The position numbers were made by a program, and so were the translations under genes. Of a DNA stretch of 64,000 bases, positions 19,280-29,683 are shown in pieces. Numbering within the stretch: position 1 is the first letter of the stretch; each line of letters begins with the position of its first letter. Origin of the DNA: an uncultured bacterium (GTDB lineage: Bacteria > Patescibacteriota > Patescibacteriia > CAIQCM01); the NCBI GenBank assembly GCA_963708045.1, contig OY970181.1, positions 131,740-195,739 of the forward strand, in the 5' to 3' direction. A model generated the notes under the pieces. It ran no database searches. It saw only the letters and a program-made list of their open reading frames with translations, and was not told where the DNA came from.

Positions 19280-19834
19280 TTAATTTTGCCAACTTGCTCC
19301 GCCCGGCGTCCAAACCGCCCAGCGATAAGCGCCACGAATTGTGGCACCCCACGGCGCAGGATCGGCAAAAGGATCGGTAAGCGACAGCGTTCCTTCTGGC
19401 GTACAGGCGGCAACTATTTTATAATCAATGCCATCAGATTTGTACGCGTAACAACTCCACGATGGCGCACTGGTGCATTCGCCACGAGCCGATGTTGGAT
19501 TAACTTTATTTTCATTTGGATCGTGCGGAAGAACAGCCAAATAAGTTGGCGCCAGATCGGGAATCCAACCACCCGAACCAGTGTCACTTTTTGCCGTCCA
19601 GTTTCCTCCTTCGTTGCATATTCCCCAAAAAGCCGAGCCCGTCAATGGGTACCCAGCATGATCCGCATAATATAACTCCAATGCCTTAGCAATTTGTATA
19701 AGATTAGCCTTGCGCTGAGTATTTCGCGCGTTCATTCTTACCGAACTCAAAGACACAACCGCAATCATAGAAAGCAGTCCAATAATCGCGATCACGACAA
19801 GGAGTTCAACTAGAGTAAAGGCGCGACGGGGCAT
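19280..19834 (-). CDS. Type IV pilin / GspG-like protein
   Basis: AFTLVELLVV; ALELYYAD..GYP; LPHDP. Confidence 0.9.
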   Translation of the reverse strand: MPRRAFTLVELLVVIAIIGLLSMIAVVSLSSVRMNARNTQRKANLIQIAKALELYYADHAGYPLTGSAFWGICNEGGNWTAKSDTGSGGWIPDLAPTYLAVLPHDPNENKVNPTSARGECTSAPSWSCYAYKSDGIDYKIVAACTPEGTLSLTDPFADPAPWGATIRGAYRWAVWTPGGASWQN

Positions 19835-19853
19835 GACGGATAACATCAAATGA

Positions 19854-20654
19854 CTAATGTTGCGTGTCTAATGTCGACGACGAAGCAAGAATTTGCGAAT
19901 ACGAAGACGATTCTTCGGCGTAGATTTTTTTAATTTCAGAAGCAGTTAGTGAGCGGTTAAAGATTCTAACGCTATCTATAAGGCCGCTAAAAAATGTAGC
20001 TCCGGCATATATTCCTATGCCGGCGCCAGAATAATTGGCATTATTCAGAGCGGACACAGTCCCCGACCCTGCTAAACCTCCGTCCAAATATACTGAATAA
20101 GAAGTTCCACTTTGGTCAATGACCAGCTGGTGCCAAGCATTTGTGCTTACGCTCCTAGAAACCGTCCCCACCGAAAGATTAATGTCCGGGTACCACGAAA
20201 TCGCGATATTGCTCACGCGTATCAGCGTCGACCTGTACGAAAATATAGGACGAGTTGCGGCGTCTGCGGGCTTGAACCAAAGAGAATACACGAGCGACGA
20301 CGCGGTTGTGTTCACATACGGTATGCTCACATAAGCCGTTGAACCATTGAACGACAGCGAACAGCCCTTGCCGCTCGGAGTATCGGTTGACCACACTGCT
20401 GCTCCGCCGACCAAGGTTCCATTCAACCCATTCCCACTGGTATCATTTGCCGTCGTACCGGAACATTCATCAAAATCCCATTGCGCGAAAATATCATCAC
20501 CTACAACGTGTTGAACCGATTGCTCATAAGAGATACCTTTCGCAAGCCGCGCCTTTTCCCTAGCCGTTGTTAGCGAAACAACCGCGATTGAAGAGAGTAG
20601 CCCAATAATCGCGATCACAACAAGAAGTTCAATTAGGGTAAAAGCACGTTTCAT
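19854..20654 (-). CDS. Type IV pilin-like protein with LamG domain
   Basis: AFTLIELL; QWDFDECSG...WHQLV...VYLDG...GLIDSVRIFNRSL. Confidence 0.9.
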   Translation of the reverse strand: MKRAFTLIELLVVIAIIGLLSSIAVVSLTTAREKARLAKGISYEQSVQHVVGDDIFAQWDFDECSGTTANDTSGNGLNGTLVGGAAVWSTDTPSGKGCSLSFNGSTAYVSIPYVNTTASSLVYSLWFKPADAATRPIFSYRSTLIRVSNIAISWYPDINLSVGTVSRSVSTNAWHQLVIDQSGTSYSVYLDGGLAGSGTVSALNNANYSGAGIGIYAGATFFSGLIDSVRIFNRSLTASEIKKIYAEESSSYSQILASSSTLDTQH

Positions 20655-20672
20655 TAACTTTTTTAAAAAAAA

Positions 20673-21491
20673 TTATTTATTAACCGCTGTTAACTTGCCC
20701 GGAAGTTCGGCCAAATACATTTGCCTAACATCCATTGCAGTCAATGCGTTACCAAAAAAATGAACAGAGTCAATAAACCCGACAAGCCCTTGGCTAAGAT
20801 AGCCTATCGCCACAAACCCACTAGCATTTAAATCGTTGGCACTTAAGGCGCTTATATCCGCGGAACCGCGCAGTTTGCTATCCAAATAAACATTCATTAT
20901 GTTAGCGCTTCTGTCTATAGACAATGCCAAAAAATGCCATACGCCATCATTATATTTTCCAGATGCATAAGCAACAATGCCCGTATTATGCAATACGCAG
21001 TCCACTGTACCAGATGATATACTTCCAATTTCACACATCATTCCATTGGCGTTACCGGCGTCGGATTTTCGCAACATTACTCCACGATCAGTTTGTGAAG
21101 TTTTAAACCAAAAAGTTCTGGTCGCGTTGCCGGTGCGGACATCCAAACTGTCGTTATCTGAAATTCTGACATAGCCCGTGGCGGTTGAAGCAAGCGACGT
21201 TCCACTTCCGCTCGGAGTATCCGTTGACCAAGTTGGTCCACCAACCAAAGTGCCGCTGTTCCCGTAATTAGAAGAATCAACAGTGGCCGTGCCCGACCCT
21301 TCGTCCAAGTCCCATTGCCCAACCAATGAATCCCCCTCGGCGCGATCAATTTGCGCAGCAAATTGTTTTGCCGCCGCAAGCCGCGCCTTTTCCCTAGCCG
21401 TTGTTAGCGAAACAACCGCGATTGTTGAAAGCAATCCGATAACTGCGATTACGACAAGGAGTTCAATTAGGGTAAAGGCGCGACGGTTCAT
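20673..21491 (-). CDS. Type IV pilin-like protein with LamG domain
   Basis: AFTLIELL; GQWDLDEGSG...DGVWHFLA...GFIDSVHFF. Confidence 0.9.
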   Translation of the reverse strand: MNRRAFTLIELLVVIAVIGLLSTIAVVSLTTAREKARLAAAKQFAAQIDRAEGDSLVGQWDLDEGSGTATVDSSNYGNSGTLVGGPTWSTDTPSGSGTSLASTATGYVRISDNDSLDVRTGNATRTFWFKTSQTDRGVMLRKSDAGNANGMMCEIGSISSGTVDCVLHNTGIVAYASGKYNDGVWHFLALSIDRSANIMNVYLDSKLRGSADISALSANDLNASGFVAIGYLSQGLVGFIDSVHFFGNALTAMDVRQMYLAELPGKLTAVNK

Positions 21492-21630
21492 ATTGATACA
21501 GTATCATTTTTGTTATGGTATATAAAATTGGCGCTCTTCGATTTTAATAGAGTTATTTGAAGAGATTCAGCGTAAAATCACAATCAAATTTTTAGTGTCT
21601 AAAAATTTTTTTAAAACTAACTGTAATATA

Positions 21631-22089
21631 TTACGTCCCGTTCGGGGAAATACAATAATTATAAACCGCACCGCCTGAGCAACCAGAATAATCATAGGCG
21701 TTTCCGGTTGCTTTTTCCATATTTGCACATAGAATATAGCGCGTTTTATTATCTATATTCTGGTATAAATAATCACCAATTTGGTTATGTTGAGTCGGGT
21801 CTAACGGAGTACGAGCCAAAAACGATACAATGTCCGACTGAAAACCCGCCCCGAGACCGCCCGCGGGGTTGGAAATGAACGTGCACCAGCCGGCGGAGTT
21901 GCGGGGCAAATAACTGTTGACATCGGCAAATAACTCAATCGCCTGCGAAATTTGCCGCAGGTCGGCCATTCGCTTGGCATCGCGAGCTTTTACTCGCGAA
22001 GCACTCAAAGATACGACCGCGATTGTTGAAAGCAGTCCGATAATCGCGATTACGACCAGAAGTTCAATTAGGGTAAAAGCCTGTTTCAT
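21631..22089 (-). CDS. Type IV pilin / GspG-like protein
   Basis: AFTLIELL; KARDAKRMADLRQISQAIEL; PLDP. Confidence 0.9.
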   Translation of the reverse strand: MKQAFTLIELLVVIAIIGLLSTIAVVSLSASRVKARDAKRMADLRQISQAIELFADVNSYLPRNSAGWCTFISNPAGGLGAGFQSDIVSFLARTPLDPTQHNQIGDYLYQNIDNKTRYILCANMEKATGNAYDYSGCSGGAVYNYCISPNGT

Positions 22090-22173
22090 TTTATAAATAT
22101 TAAATACACCAGTCGTGCAGATTGATTTTATTATATCACTATCCCCGCAATAAAACTCAAAAAAATCTCCTCA

Positions 22174-22200
22174 TTTTGTTGAGGTTTCGCCTCGACAAAA
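22174..22200. repeat. REP-like palindrome (GTYGAGGTTTCGCCTCGAC)
   Basis: Related copies at 22870-22890, 22989-23009 and a doublet at 30085-30130. Confidence 0.65.
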
Positions 22201-22205
22201 ATCTG

Positions 22206-22760
22206 TTAATTTCCCTGATGATCAACGTAGAGCATTGGACTCCTCGCGGGCGGGACGGTCGGACTAAACGGGTCGCAAAAATAATAACTGCCGTCTAAAT
22301 AAACATTATCCCTATAACCGCGCGATGCGCATCGGTCCGGATCAGATGTGTTTTCCAAATTAGCGATCAAATCATACTTACTACCGGATGCATTACTATA
22401 GTAAGCATAAGTAAAATTTCCTTGAAATGTCGGATCCGTAATATTCTTATTTATCGGGTCAGCGGGCAGAACAGTAATATAGGTTTGAAGCATTGTTTGC
22501 AAACTTAACCACCGCGCATTAGAGCAGGTGTCCAAATCGGTCGTGGCGCTGCAGGCCCAAGGAGATGCTACAACGGGAAAATGACCATTGTCGTCATAAT
22601 AAAGATCCAGAGCGAGTTTTATTTGCCGTAAATCAGACTTCCTTTTCACATCACGTGCCGCTATCCTGCTTTTATCCATTACAACAACCGCAATCGTTGA
22701 AAGGAGGCCGATGATCGCGATCACGACTAAGAGTTCAATTAAGGTAAAAGCGCGCTTCAT
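22206..22760 (-). CDS. Type IV pilin / GspG-like protein
   Basis: AFTLIELL; ARDVKRKSDLRQIKLALDLYYDDNGHFP; LPADP. Confidence 0.9.
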   Translation of the reverse strand: MKRAFTLIELLVVIAIIGLLSTIAVVVMDKSRIAARDVKRKSDLRQIKLALDLYYDDNGHFPVVASPWACSATTDLDTCSNARWLSLQTMLQTYITVLPADPINKNITDPTFQGNFTYAYYSNASGSKYDLIANLENTSDPDRCASRGYRDNVYLDGSYYFCDPFSPTVPPARSPMLYVDHQGN

Positions 22761-23077
22761 TTTTATGAATAACTAGGATTAAATTTTTAATTTCTAGTTT
22801 GCAAAATACTCATTCCAGCGAATAATTATTATATCACTATTTCCACCAAAACCGCCGAGACACATCTTTTGTTGAAGGTTTCGCCTCGACCAAAATAGGC
22901 CAACCCCCTATGGAACCGAACATTCCAAAGGGGGTTTCTTTTTTATCACGACAATCTTTTTGCGATCGAGCAAAGATTGTATTAGATATGTCGAGGCGAA
23001 ACCTCGACAGGTAGAATATATTTTTTAAAAATATAAAACCGCCGTTTTGTCCTCGTCCTCGTGGACAATAACGGCGG

Positions 23078-23641
23078 TTATGGGTTTTGTTGCGGCGGCT
23101 TCTTTTTCATCAACTCTTGTTGCATATAATATTGAGTCCATCCGAGGACGCCGGCGCAACAATCAGGGTCACCGAGCGGCGGACGCGAATCAATGACGAT
23201 TCCAAAATATTTGTTTAGGTGTTGAAACGGCTGACCAAGGTCAATGACGTTTTTCCCGTCCGTGCTATTCCAAGCGTGAATGATTGGCGCGGCCGGACCA
23301 ATCATCAACCCCTCAACGTAAAAAATTCCTTCCGCTTGCGCTTTTAGGTAGCTGTTTTCGTAACAATGCCACGACTTTTGGAAGTAAGGCACAGGATTTG
23401 GCAACGGCCGAGGCGAAAATATTCTTGCCTTTGCAATTAACTCGTCGTCCCAGCCAAAGTCCGCGGCGTGTTCAATCATAAACTCGCGCGGACAAGGAAG
23501 ACTCGCCGAAATACGACGGAAAAGCGCTAGGTCTTCGCCCTCAAGCGAACAATATAGTTTTTCAATCCAACCCGGCGTTCGCCAACCCCGACAACTTTCA
23601 ATCCAACTACGGCCATAAAACTTATTTTCAAAGAGCTTCAT
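23078..23641 (-). CDS. Hypothetical protein
   Basis: 187-aa ORF with AGGAGG RBS; CYENS...YVEG...HAWN suggests a Cys-His papain/transglutaminase-like fold (weak). Confidence 0.7.
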   Translation of the reverse strand: MKLFENKFYGRSWIESCRGWRTPGWIEKLYCSLEGEDLALFRRISASLPCPREFMIEHAADFGWDDELIAKARIFSPRPLPNPVPYFQKSWHCYENSYLKAQAEGIFYVEGLMIGPAAPIIHAWNSTDGKNVIDLGQPFQHLNKYFGIVIDSRPPLGDPDCCAGVLGWTQYYMQQELMKKKPPQQNP

Positions 23642-23644
23642 CGT

Positions 23645-24766
23645 TCACCTCCTTTCTCGTCCAGATCTAAATATTCTTAGCATTTTTAGCATTTTTTGTC
23701 TACCTGCGCTACCCCCTGTACTAGACGGGTACATCGGTAACAAGTGCTCGTGCTTGTAGATGAAATTGATCGGTGACATATACCCCAGGGTTTGGTGCGG
23801 CCGACGGAAGTTGTATTCGATCAGCCACTCAGTGAGCCGTCGGTTGAATTCGGCGCAGTCGTCGGTCATGTTCCCGAGCTGAACAAACTCCTCTTGTAGG
23901 GTTCGGTTGAACCGTTCGTTCGTCGCGTTGTCCTTGGGTGTTTTGATCCGCGAATGATATTGGGGAATATTTAGAGCAAGACACGCGTCAGCAAACCGTC
24001 CCTTGAACTCGCTGCCGTTGTCATGCCCAACGTTCTCTATCTTCCCATCAACGAGATGATGGAGGCGATAAAGAAAATCGCGAGAATTTGATGAACTCTT
24101 TGACGTATACATCCGGGCAAAAGCTAGTTTAGAGTGTTTGTCAATGGCGGTGAAGATGAAACGCTTCTTGCTTTTCCAATAAATAACGACGGTATCGAGG
24201 CAGAGTAGAAACCCCGATCGTTTCTTGGTCTTGAGGTCGGTGATCTTCTTGCGTTTAACACTATTCTTTCGTTTTTTGTTGATCCTGGCTTGTTTTATTG
24301 GGTGGTAATAGAGACGGTACTTCTCAATAGTCTTCTGCACCTTCCACTCAGAAATGATCTCGTGATATTCTGTGTTATAGAGAGTGGCGATCTTCGCTTT
24401 TCCATAGCGGATATGCGTCCTCTTCAACGAAATGATTCGTTCAGCTTGGAGCGGGGTAATGGCCCGCTCTTTGCGTTTCTTGGGGGTACGATCAAGTTCT
24501 TCAAGGGTGCGGAGGTTGGCATCGTTAAAGCGTTTCTTCCATTTCCAAAAGGTCTTGGGGGCGATGCCAAAATGACGAGCCGTCAAAAGAGCGTTGCCGC
24601 CGTGCTCCTCGTGCCAAAGGAACCAATCTAGTCAACGTCTAGCGGGAACGGAGATGCCGATCAGGTCGGCGACGGCGCGAAGGCGCGCCCGACGCGATTT
24701 AGTTAAAACGATACCGGGTTTGAAATACCCGCCGGTGTGGAACCAACGAAGCGTATGATTGCTCAT
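23645..24766 (-). pseudogene. IS481-family transposase with in-frame TGA at codon 45
   Basis: ATG 24766 reads MSNHTLRW...ARR*LDWFLW into the HTH (TARHFGIAPKTFWKW) and rve core (LCLDT, HDNGSEF, NERFNRTLQEE, YNFRRPHQTLG); TGA at 24632-24634. Confidence 0.8.
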
Positions 24767-24844
24767 AGAAAGATGAGTTAGATGGGTAACAGTCTCATTT
24801 TAACCCCATTCGAGGAGTGTTACCGATGTATCTCATCTTCTCCA
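23717..24844 (-). mobile_element. IS481-family insertion sequence (1128 bp)
   Basis: Imperfect terminal inverted repeats sharing TACATCGGTAACA; CCCCC on both flanks (23712-23716, 24845-24849); encodes a DDE transposase. Confidence 0.8.
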
Positions 24845-24975
24845 CCCCCAACTGGCCATCTTGCGGCACTTGAAAGAAAATACTTTATTTGATATAAACT
24901 ATAGCAAAGGGGCGCGTCTGTCCCTTGTTGAATTTCCGGCGCAAGGCGCGTGATTCATAAAATTGAACTTTTGGT

Positions 24976-25052
24976 GGGCGCATAGCTCAGTTGGTTAGAG
25001 CGTTACACTGATAATGTAAAGGTCCCTGGTTCGAATCCAGGTGCGCCCACCA
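24976..25052 (+). tRNA. tRNA-Ile(GAT)
   Basis: Canonical cloverleaf, TTACA-CTGATAA-TGTAA, encoded CCA. Confidence 0.96.
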
Positions 25053-25173
25053 AAAGTTTAAAAAATCTTATTAAAAATACCACCTTATATAAAGTGGTAT
25101 TTTTAATTTTAAAAACTTGATAATCATTAACTTTTGTGATAAAAAATACTTAACAAAGACTTGGGAGGGATCA

Positions 25174-25425
25174 ATGAAGATAAAAGTTTATACGGCTAAC
25201 GGCTTGCGTCGCGCCCTGGCTAGAGCAATTTTAAAAGCGGCTATTCACTGTCTGCGCTACGCGCCCGATTCAGATGCCGCCACAAAACATGTTTGGGCAA
25301 CGTACCGGTTCTTTCTCGCCACCTTTCCCGTGGAAACAGACTTTGCGACTTTTTCAAAAATGGTCGCGTCACACGTTGCCGAAGCAAATCAACGTTTTGG
25401 CACAAGCGGTTGCGTCACTTGTTAG
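25174..25425 (+). CDS. Small hypothetical protein
   Basis: GGGAGG RBS before ATG 25174; 83 aa. Confidence 0.55.
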   Translation: MKIKVYTANGLRRALARAILKAAIHCLRYAPDSDAATKHVWATYRFFLATFPVETDFATFSKMVASHVAEANQRFGTSGCVTC

Positions 25426-25545
25426 TCCGCAACCCTCCGACCGCCAGGCTTCATGCCCGGCGGTCAAATTTTTAAAAAGGGGCGATGGCCTAAGCCACCG
25501 CCCCGAGAGAACCTCTTTAGATTACAAAACGCCAACCAAACACTA

Positions 25546-27774
25546 TCAGTAACCGGGTACGCTAATGAATGTTGCTGCCGTGAATCTAACCGCTGCCTGC
25601 CAATCCCCTCCTCCAACCACCAAATTAATCCGGTCAGGCGTCATACCACTATTGACCATGACCGAGAGATATTCACTGCCACTACTATTACAAGAGATTG
25701 GATAGTACGCCATCTCTGTTCCTGCGGTGATCTCCAGATAAGGTTGATTATAGCAAGTGATTGACGAGGTGGCGTAGTCAAACCATACCATCAACCATGC
25801 ACGGGTAAGAAACACGACTTGCAGACTATCAAGCAATTCCGTTCCAGTCACCGAAGAAGCTTGCATCCGCGGATCTTTCGGACGAGCGCCGATCAGACTT
25901 GGACAACCGTAAGTGCCAGGTGTTGCATCGCAGATCGTGTATGAACCGAAACAATTTCCGCCTGAACACGTGCCGTTGTTATTGCACGCCGAATTGCAGG
26001 CACCGCAACTGGCCGGATCGGTCATTAAGCTCTTACAACCGTTTGTGCAAGCGGTTTGCGTCGGATCTGCACAGATACAACTTGTCGTTGTCCCAGAAGT
26101 GATGCAGTTGCTACCGGCCGGGCAGGCGTTCCCGCACGACCCACAATTGCTATTACTGCTCTTTGTGTCCGTGCAGACACCGCAATCGGTGAGGCCACCG
26201 ATACACTTGCAGCTGCCAGAAACGCAGGCTTGGTCTCCTCGGCACGGCTTGCCACAGCCGCCACAGTTGGCGGTATCAACTTTCGTATCGTGGCATTGAT
26301 TATCGTTGCACTTTGTTGTTCCACCTTCGCAGACAATTCCACAAAGGCTGTTTGAGCAGATTGTCCCGTTTGGACACGGTTTGTTGCAGCCGCCGCAGTG
26401 GGCGGTGCTATTTTTAGTGTCCGCGCAGACGCCGCAATCAGTGAGGCCACCGATGCACTCGCAACTGCCGGAAACACAAGCTTGATCTGTGCGACATATC
26501 TTGCCACAAACGCCACAGTTGGCGCTTTCGGCTTGCAGGTTGTGACACTGCTCATCGCTACACTTCGTCGTTCCGGGTCCACAAACGGTTTGACACGAGA
26601 TACCGGACATTGGGTGATTTGGGTCGTAGACACAGGTCTTTCCCGGAGCGCACGTTTTTCCGCACTCCCCGCAGTTTGCGGGGTCGTGAAGGTAGTCCAC
26701 GCACGCATTTCCGCACAGCATCCTTGCAATCGGACATTGACATGTGCCGGCCGTGCATGATTGCGCGGCGAGACAAGCGTTTCCGCAAGTCCCACAATGC
26801 GTGTTGCTAGTCTGCGTATTAACGCAGGCGCCGCCACAGTCAACGAGGCCGTTTGCGCAGCCGCAAACGCCTGCGACACAATCTTCGTCCGCGCGGCAAG
26901 AGGTACTACACCCCCCGCAAAAACGCGGATCGTTTTTTGTGTCACGATAATTGCCATCGCAGAGAATTATGCCGTCGCCTGGAAGCGACTCGCAAACCCC
27001 CGCCGAGCAGTATTCGTTTAGAGCGCAAGTGCGGCCACAGGAGCCGCAGTGCGCCGGATTAAAGCGCACATCAATGCACGCTTCCGAACAAAGCAACAAA
27101 CTTCCCGGACAAGACGGCGCGTCGGGTAAAATAGATACATCGATAGAGGCATCTACGGCCACGAACTGAGCATCGGGAGGAGCGACGATTTGCGCGTCAG
27201 GAACTAAAATTGCGACTTCGGGTGCCGTGTCTTTTGGTTGAATAATGCCGACCTCGGTTTGGGAAATCAGCACCGTGTCACGAGACAAAACAACATCGGC
27301 AATTGCCGACGCGCCGTCGGTAACGACATCAATCACTATTTTTACGTCTTCCGACAACACCGCGTCGCGAGCAAGTGGTGTTTCTCTTCCCGCTTCAGGC
27401 ATCATTGCGACCGGTGAGTCACTCACGATGCCGGCGTCTTTTGTTGCTGCATCATTTTGAGCCACGGAAGCGTCGGGGATGATAGCCGCGTCGGTGTTGC
27501 AAGACAAACCGCTTAGACTGAAAATCCCGTTCACGCAGGTATACCTCGTGCAGTTGATGACGAAGGTTGCGCCCGAACCATAGGTGCTCGTTGAACCATT
27601 ATTAACGTTGGTCAAAACACAAACTTTGGCATCGGATAGCGCGTCTTTTGGCACAACCGGTGTTGCGACGGCCGCGTCAGTTAGCTTTGCTTTTCCACTA
27701 CCTCCGCACGCCCCGCCCAAGATTAGGCAAGCCGCGCTACTAACGAAAAACGAACAGATAATTCTTTGCCTCAT
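25546..27774 (-). CDS. Cys-rich repeat (Stig1/myxobacterial-type) putative lipoprotein
   Basis: Signal ending ILGGAC; Asp-Ala-rich linker; nine C-x-D-x3-D/N-x2-H/NCG-x-C-x3-C repeats. Confidence 0.8.
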   Translation of the reverse strand: MRQRIICSFFVSSAACLILGGACGGSGKAKLTDAAVATPVVPKDALSDAKVCVLTNVNNGSTSTYGSGATFVINCTRYTCVNGIFSLSGLSCNTDAAIIPDASVAQNDAATKDAGIVSDSPVAMMPEAGRETPLARDAVLSEDVKIVIDVVTDGASAIADVVLSRDTVLISQTEVGIIQPKDTAPEVAILVPDAQIVAPPDAQFVAVDASIDVSILPDAPSCPGSLLLCSEACIDVRFNPAHCGSCGRTCALNEYCSAGVCESLPGDGIILCDGNYRDTKNDPRFCGGCSTSCRADEDCVAGVCGCANGLVDCGGACVNTQTSNTHCGTCGNACLAAQSCTAGTCQCPIARMLCGNACVDYLHDPANCGECGKTCAPGKTCVYDPNHPMSGISCQTVCGPGTTKCSDEQCHNLQAESANCGVCGKICRTDQACVSGSCECIGGLTDCGVCADTKNSTAHCGGCNKPCPNGTICSNSLCGIVCEGGTTKCNDNQCHDTKVDTANCGGCGKPCRGDQACVSGSCKCIGGLTDCGVCTDTKSSNSNCGSCGNACPAGSNCITSGTTTSCICADPTQTACTNGCKSLMTDPASCGACNSACNNNGTCSGGNCFGSYTICDATPGTYGCPSLIGARPKDPRMQASSVTGTELLDSLQVVFLTRAWLMVWFDYATSSITCYNQPYLEITAGTEMAYYPISCNSSGSEYLSVMVNSGMTPDRINLVVGGGDWQAAVRFTAATFISVPGY

Positions 27775-27957
27775 GCTACTACCTCTTTCTTTGTCAGAGA
27801 ACATTTATTTGGCTATTTTTAGCCAAATCAAAAACACGTCTTTCACGGCTTAAACATAGACCCGCACCTTAAGGATGTCAAGCAACCAAAAAAGAAATTT
27901 AAAATTCTTAACTATTATTAGCAACTGTGTTAAGGTAGCGGCCGAGAGGAGAAAACC

Positions 27958-28434
27958 ATGCCCACAATTGCAATTATGCGTCATGGGGTGGCTTTAGACC
28001 TCCCCTACCGCGGCCTAACTTCTGGAAGCTGCCGACAAACAATCGCGCTTACGGAAGCGATTGCAGAAATTTTTAACCAAGAGCCGCTCATTATTTGCGC
28101 TGAGGAACGCGAGGCAAAAGAAACTGCCAACCTCGTCGCCGTAATGTTTAAGACGACCTTTGTCGTCAACCGCGCTCTTTCAGAAAATGGCCGCCCCGAG
28201 GAAATGGACGAACTTATCTGTTCATTACTTAAGAAGACGCGGCTGGTTATTATCGTCACGCACCGAAAACGGACAACCCCGTTTTTAAAATCGCTGATGA
28301 AAATATCCGGGAAACCATTGCACAAGAAGCCGACCTTTGTGCCAAAGCTCTTTGAAATTGTTCCTAGGATCATCTTGGTTAATACCGAGACAATGGAAAC
28401 AAATACCATCCGCGCCAAAAGGCACGGCAAATAA
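27958..28434 (+). CDS. Histidine phosphatase (SixA-like) family protein, divergent
   Basis: IAIMRHG, REAKETA, VIIVTH; GAGGAG RBS. Confidence 0.6.
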   Translation: MPTIAIMRHGVALDLPYRGLTSGSCRQTIALTEAIAEIFNQEPLIICAEEREAKETANLVAVMFKTTFVVNRALSENGRPEEMDELICSLLKKTRLVIIVTHRKRTTPFLKSLMKISGKPLHKKPTFVPKLFEIVPRIILVNTETMETNTIRAKRHGK

Positions 28435-28476
28435 ACACTTTGCAGTTTTACAACTTGACCGAGTCAGGAGAACACA

Positions 28477-28941
28477 ATGAAACGTCTAGCATTCATTCCC
28501 CTGCCAAAAATATTGACGCAGCCAAAAGATCTTCTTGATATAGGTGCAGCACTGAGCGGACTTTTCACCAATCAGGAAGACATTCTCTTGCTTCGTCCGC
28601 CGGACGCCGATACATTTAGAGCGGCACAAACAATCCTCGCCGGTATTTCTAGCACGGCCGCGATTCAGCCAGACCAACTTTGCTCTACTTCGGCGCTTCT
28701 AAATCAAACTCCGGACGATTTTGCATCTATCTGGAAGGTAGCGCGGGCGTCAAAAAGAAAATTAGTTGTTGTTCTGGCGTCGCCCGAGTATATCCATAGT
28801 TTTTTCGGCTGGCGCCTTTCGCGAAATCTCCGTCGGAACGGCGCCTTATTGCCCCTACCCCTGCCGATCACTGCTGAACGCGTTCTTGTCTTTACGCGAT
28901 CAACACGACGTTTCTCGTTCCTTGAGAAAAAGACAAGGTGA
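28477..28941 (+). CDS. Hypothetical protein (possibly a degenerate paralogue of the upstream gene)
   Basis: AGGAG RBS; RAAQTI and LVVVLA pattern; same length as its neighbour. Confidence 0.55.
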   Translation: MKRLAFIPLPKILTQPKDLLDIGAALSGLFTNQEDILLLRPPDADTFRAAQTILAGISSTAAIQPDQLCSTSALLNQTPDDFASIWKVARASKRKLVVVLASPEYIHSFFGWRLSRNLRRNGALLPLPLPITAERVLVFTRSTRRFSFLEKKTR

Positions 28942-29036
28942 TCAAACCACCAACGCCACACCTAACCAGCCGTCCTGATAACAATCGGGACGGTTTTGCT
29001 TATATACAAAAAAGCCACCTATTAGGGTGACTGTTT

Positions 29037-29111
29037 TGGTGCCGAGGGCGAGAGTCGGACTCGCCACGCCAGCCTCTTCAGGGCTGCGCTCTACCGCTGA
29101 GCTACCTCGGC
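29037..29111 (-). tRNA. tRNA-Phe(GAA)
   Basis: Minus strand GCCGAGG...CAGCC-CTGAAGA-GGCTG...CCTCGGC-A-CCA; T loop TCCGACT. Confidence 0.93.
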
Positions 29112-29118
29112 AAATTAG

Positions 29119-29586
29119 TTATTGGTTACGATTGCGAGCTAAAATATTACCAAATTGTCGTTTTAAGATCAAGACCATAATAAACCCGCCATTTAGATCA
29201 TTGGCCAGGTCTTTCATTGTGTCGGCGTTAGACGGTTGGCGCAGAATTGACGGAAAAATTATATCAAAAGCAAATTCATAAAACTCCCAAACAATACCAA
29301 CCAAAGCCACGCACCCAATAACGCACAAAATAAAAAAGTACCAAGGAAGCGGCGATAATTTTTTAGTTTTTATCGCGTCAGCAATAAACGTAATAATCGC
29401 AAAGGCAACACACGCGCCACCAATTAGGTGAAGTGGAATGTCTATCCAGTCCCAACCGCTATTCAGGTAAAAACCAGAGTAGGAAAAAATTAAATGCAAA
29501 CACCCAAGCATAAAGCCTGGGAACAAAGCTTTCACAAAAACCGGAAACGCCGGTACTCTGCTAATTTTTTTAGAACTTTTTTGCAT
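29119..29586 (-). CDS. Membrane protein, DUF2238/VanZ-like
   Basis: DIPLHLIGG, WEFYEF, DTMKDL with several TM helices. Confidence 0.75.
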   Translation of the reverse strand: MQKSSKKISRVPAFPVFVKALFPGFMLGCLHLIFSYSGFYLNSGWDWIDIPLHLIGGACVAFAIITFIADAIKTKKLSPLPWYFFILCVIGCVALVGIVWEFYEFAFDIIFPSILRQPSNADTMKDLANDLNGGFIMVLILKRQFGNILARNRNQ

Positions 29587-29683
29587 TAAATCAATTATAC
29601 CACAGACTATTGATATTTAAACCAAAAAATGATAAGTTTTGGTAGAGACAAAAGCGCCAAGGTTTTACAAATTTCTTCCGCGT

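Noticed and set aside
24632-24634. In-frame TGA as evidence for genetic code 25 or 4
   Set aside because: Long core genes have no internal TGA, and TGA terminates genes such as epmA and 1658-2101.
25899-27460. Many overlapping ORFs, including the 310-aa frame 26025-26957
   Set aside because: Alternative frames of a GC-rich Cys-repeat gene with no independent motifs or RBS.
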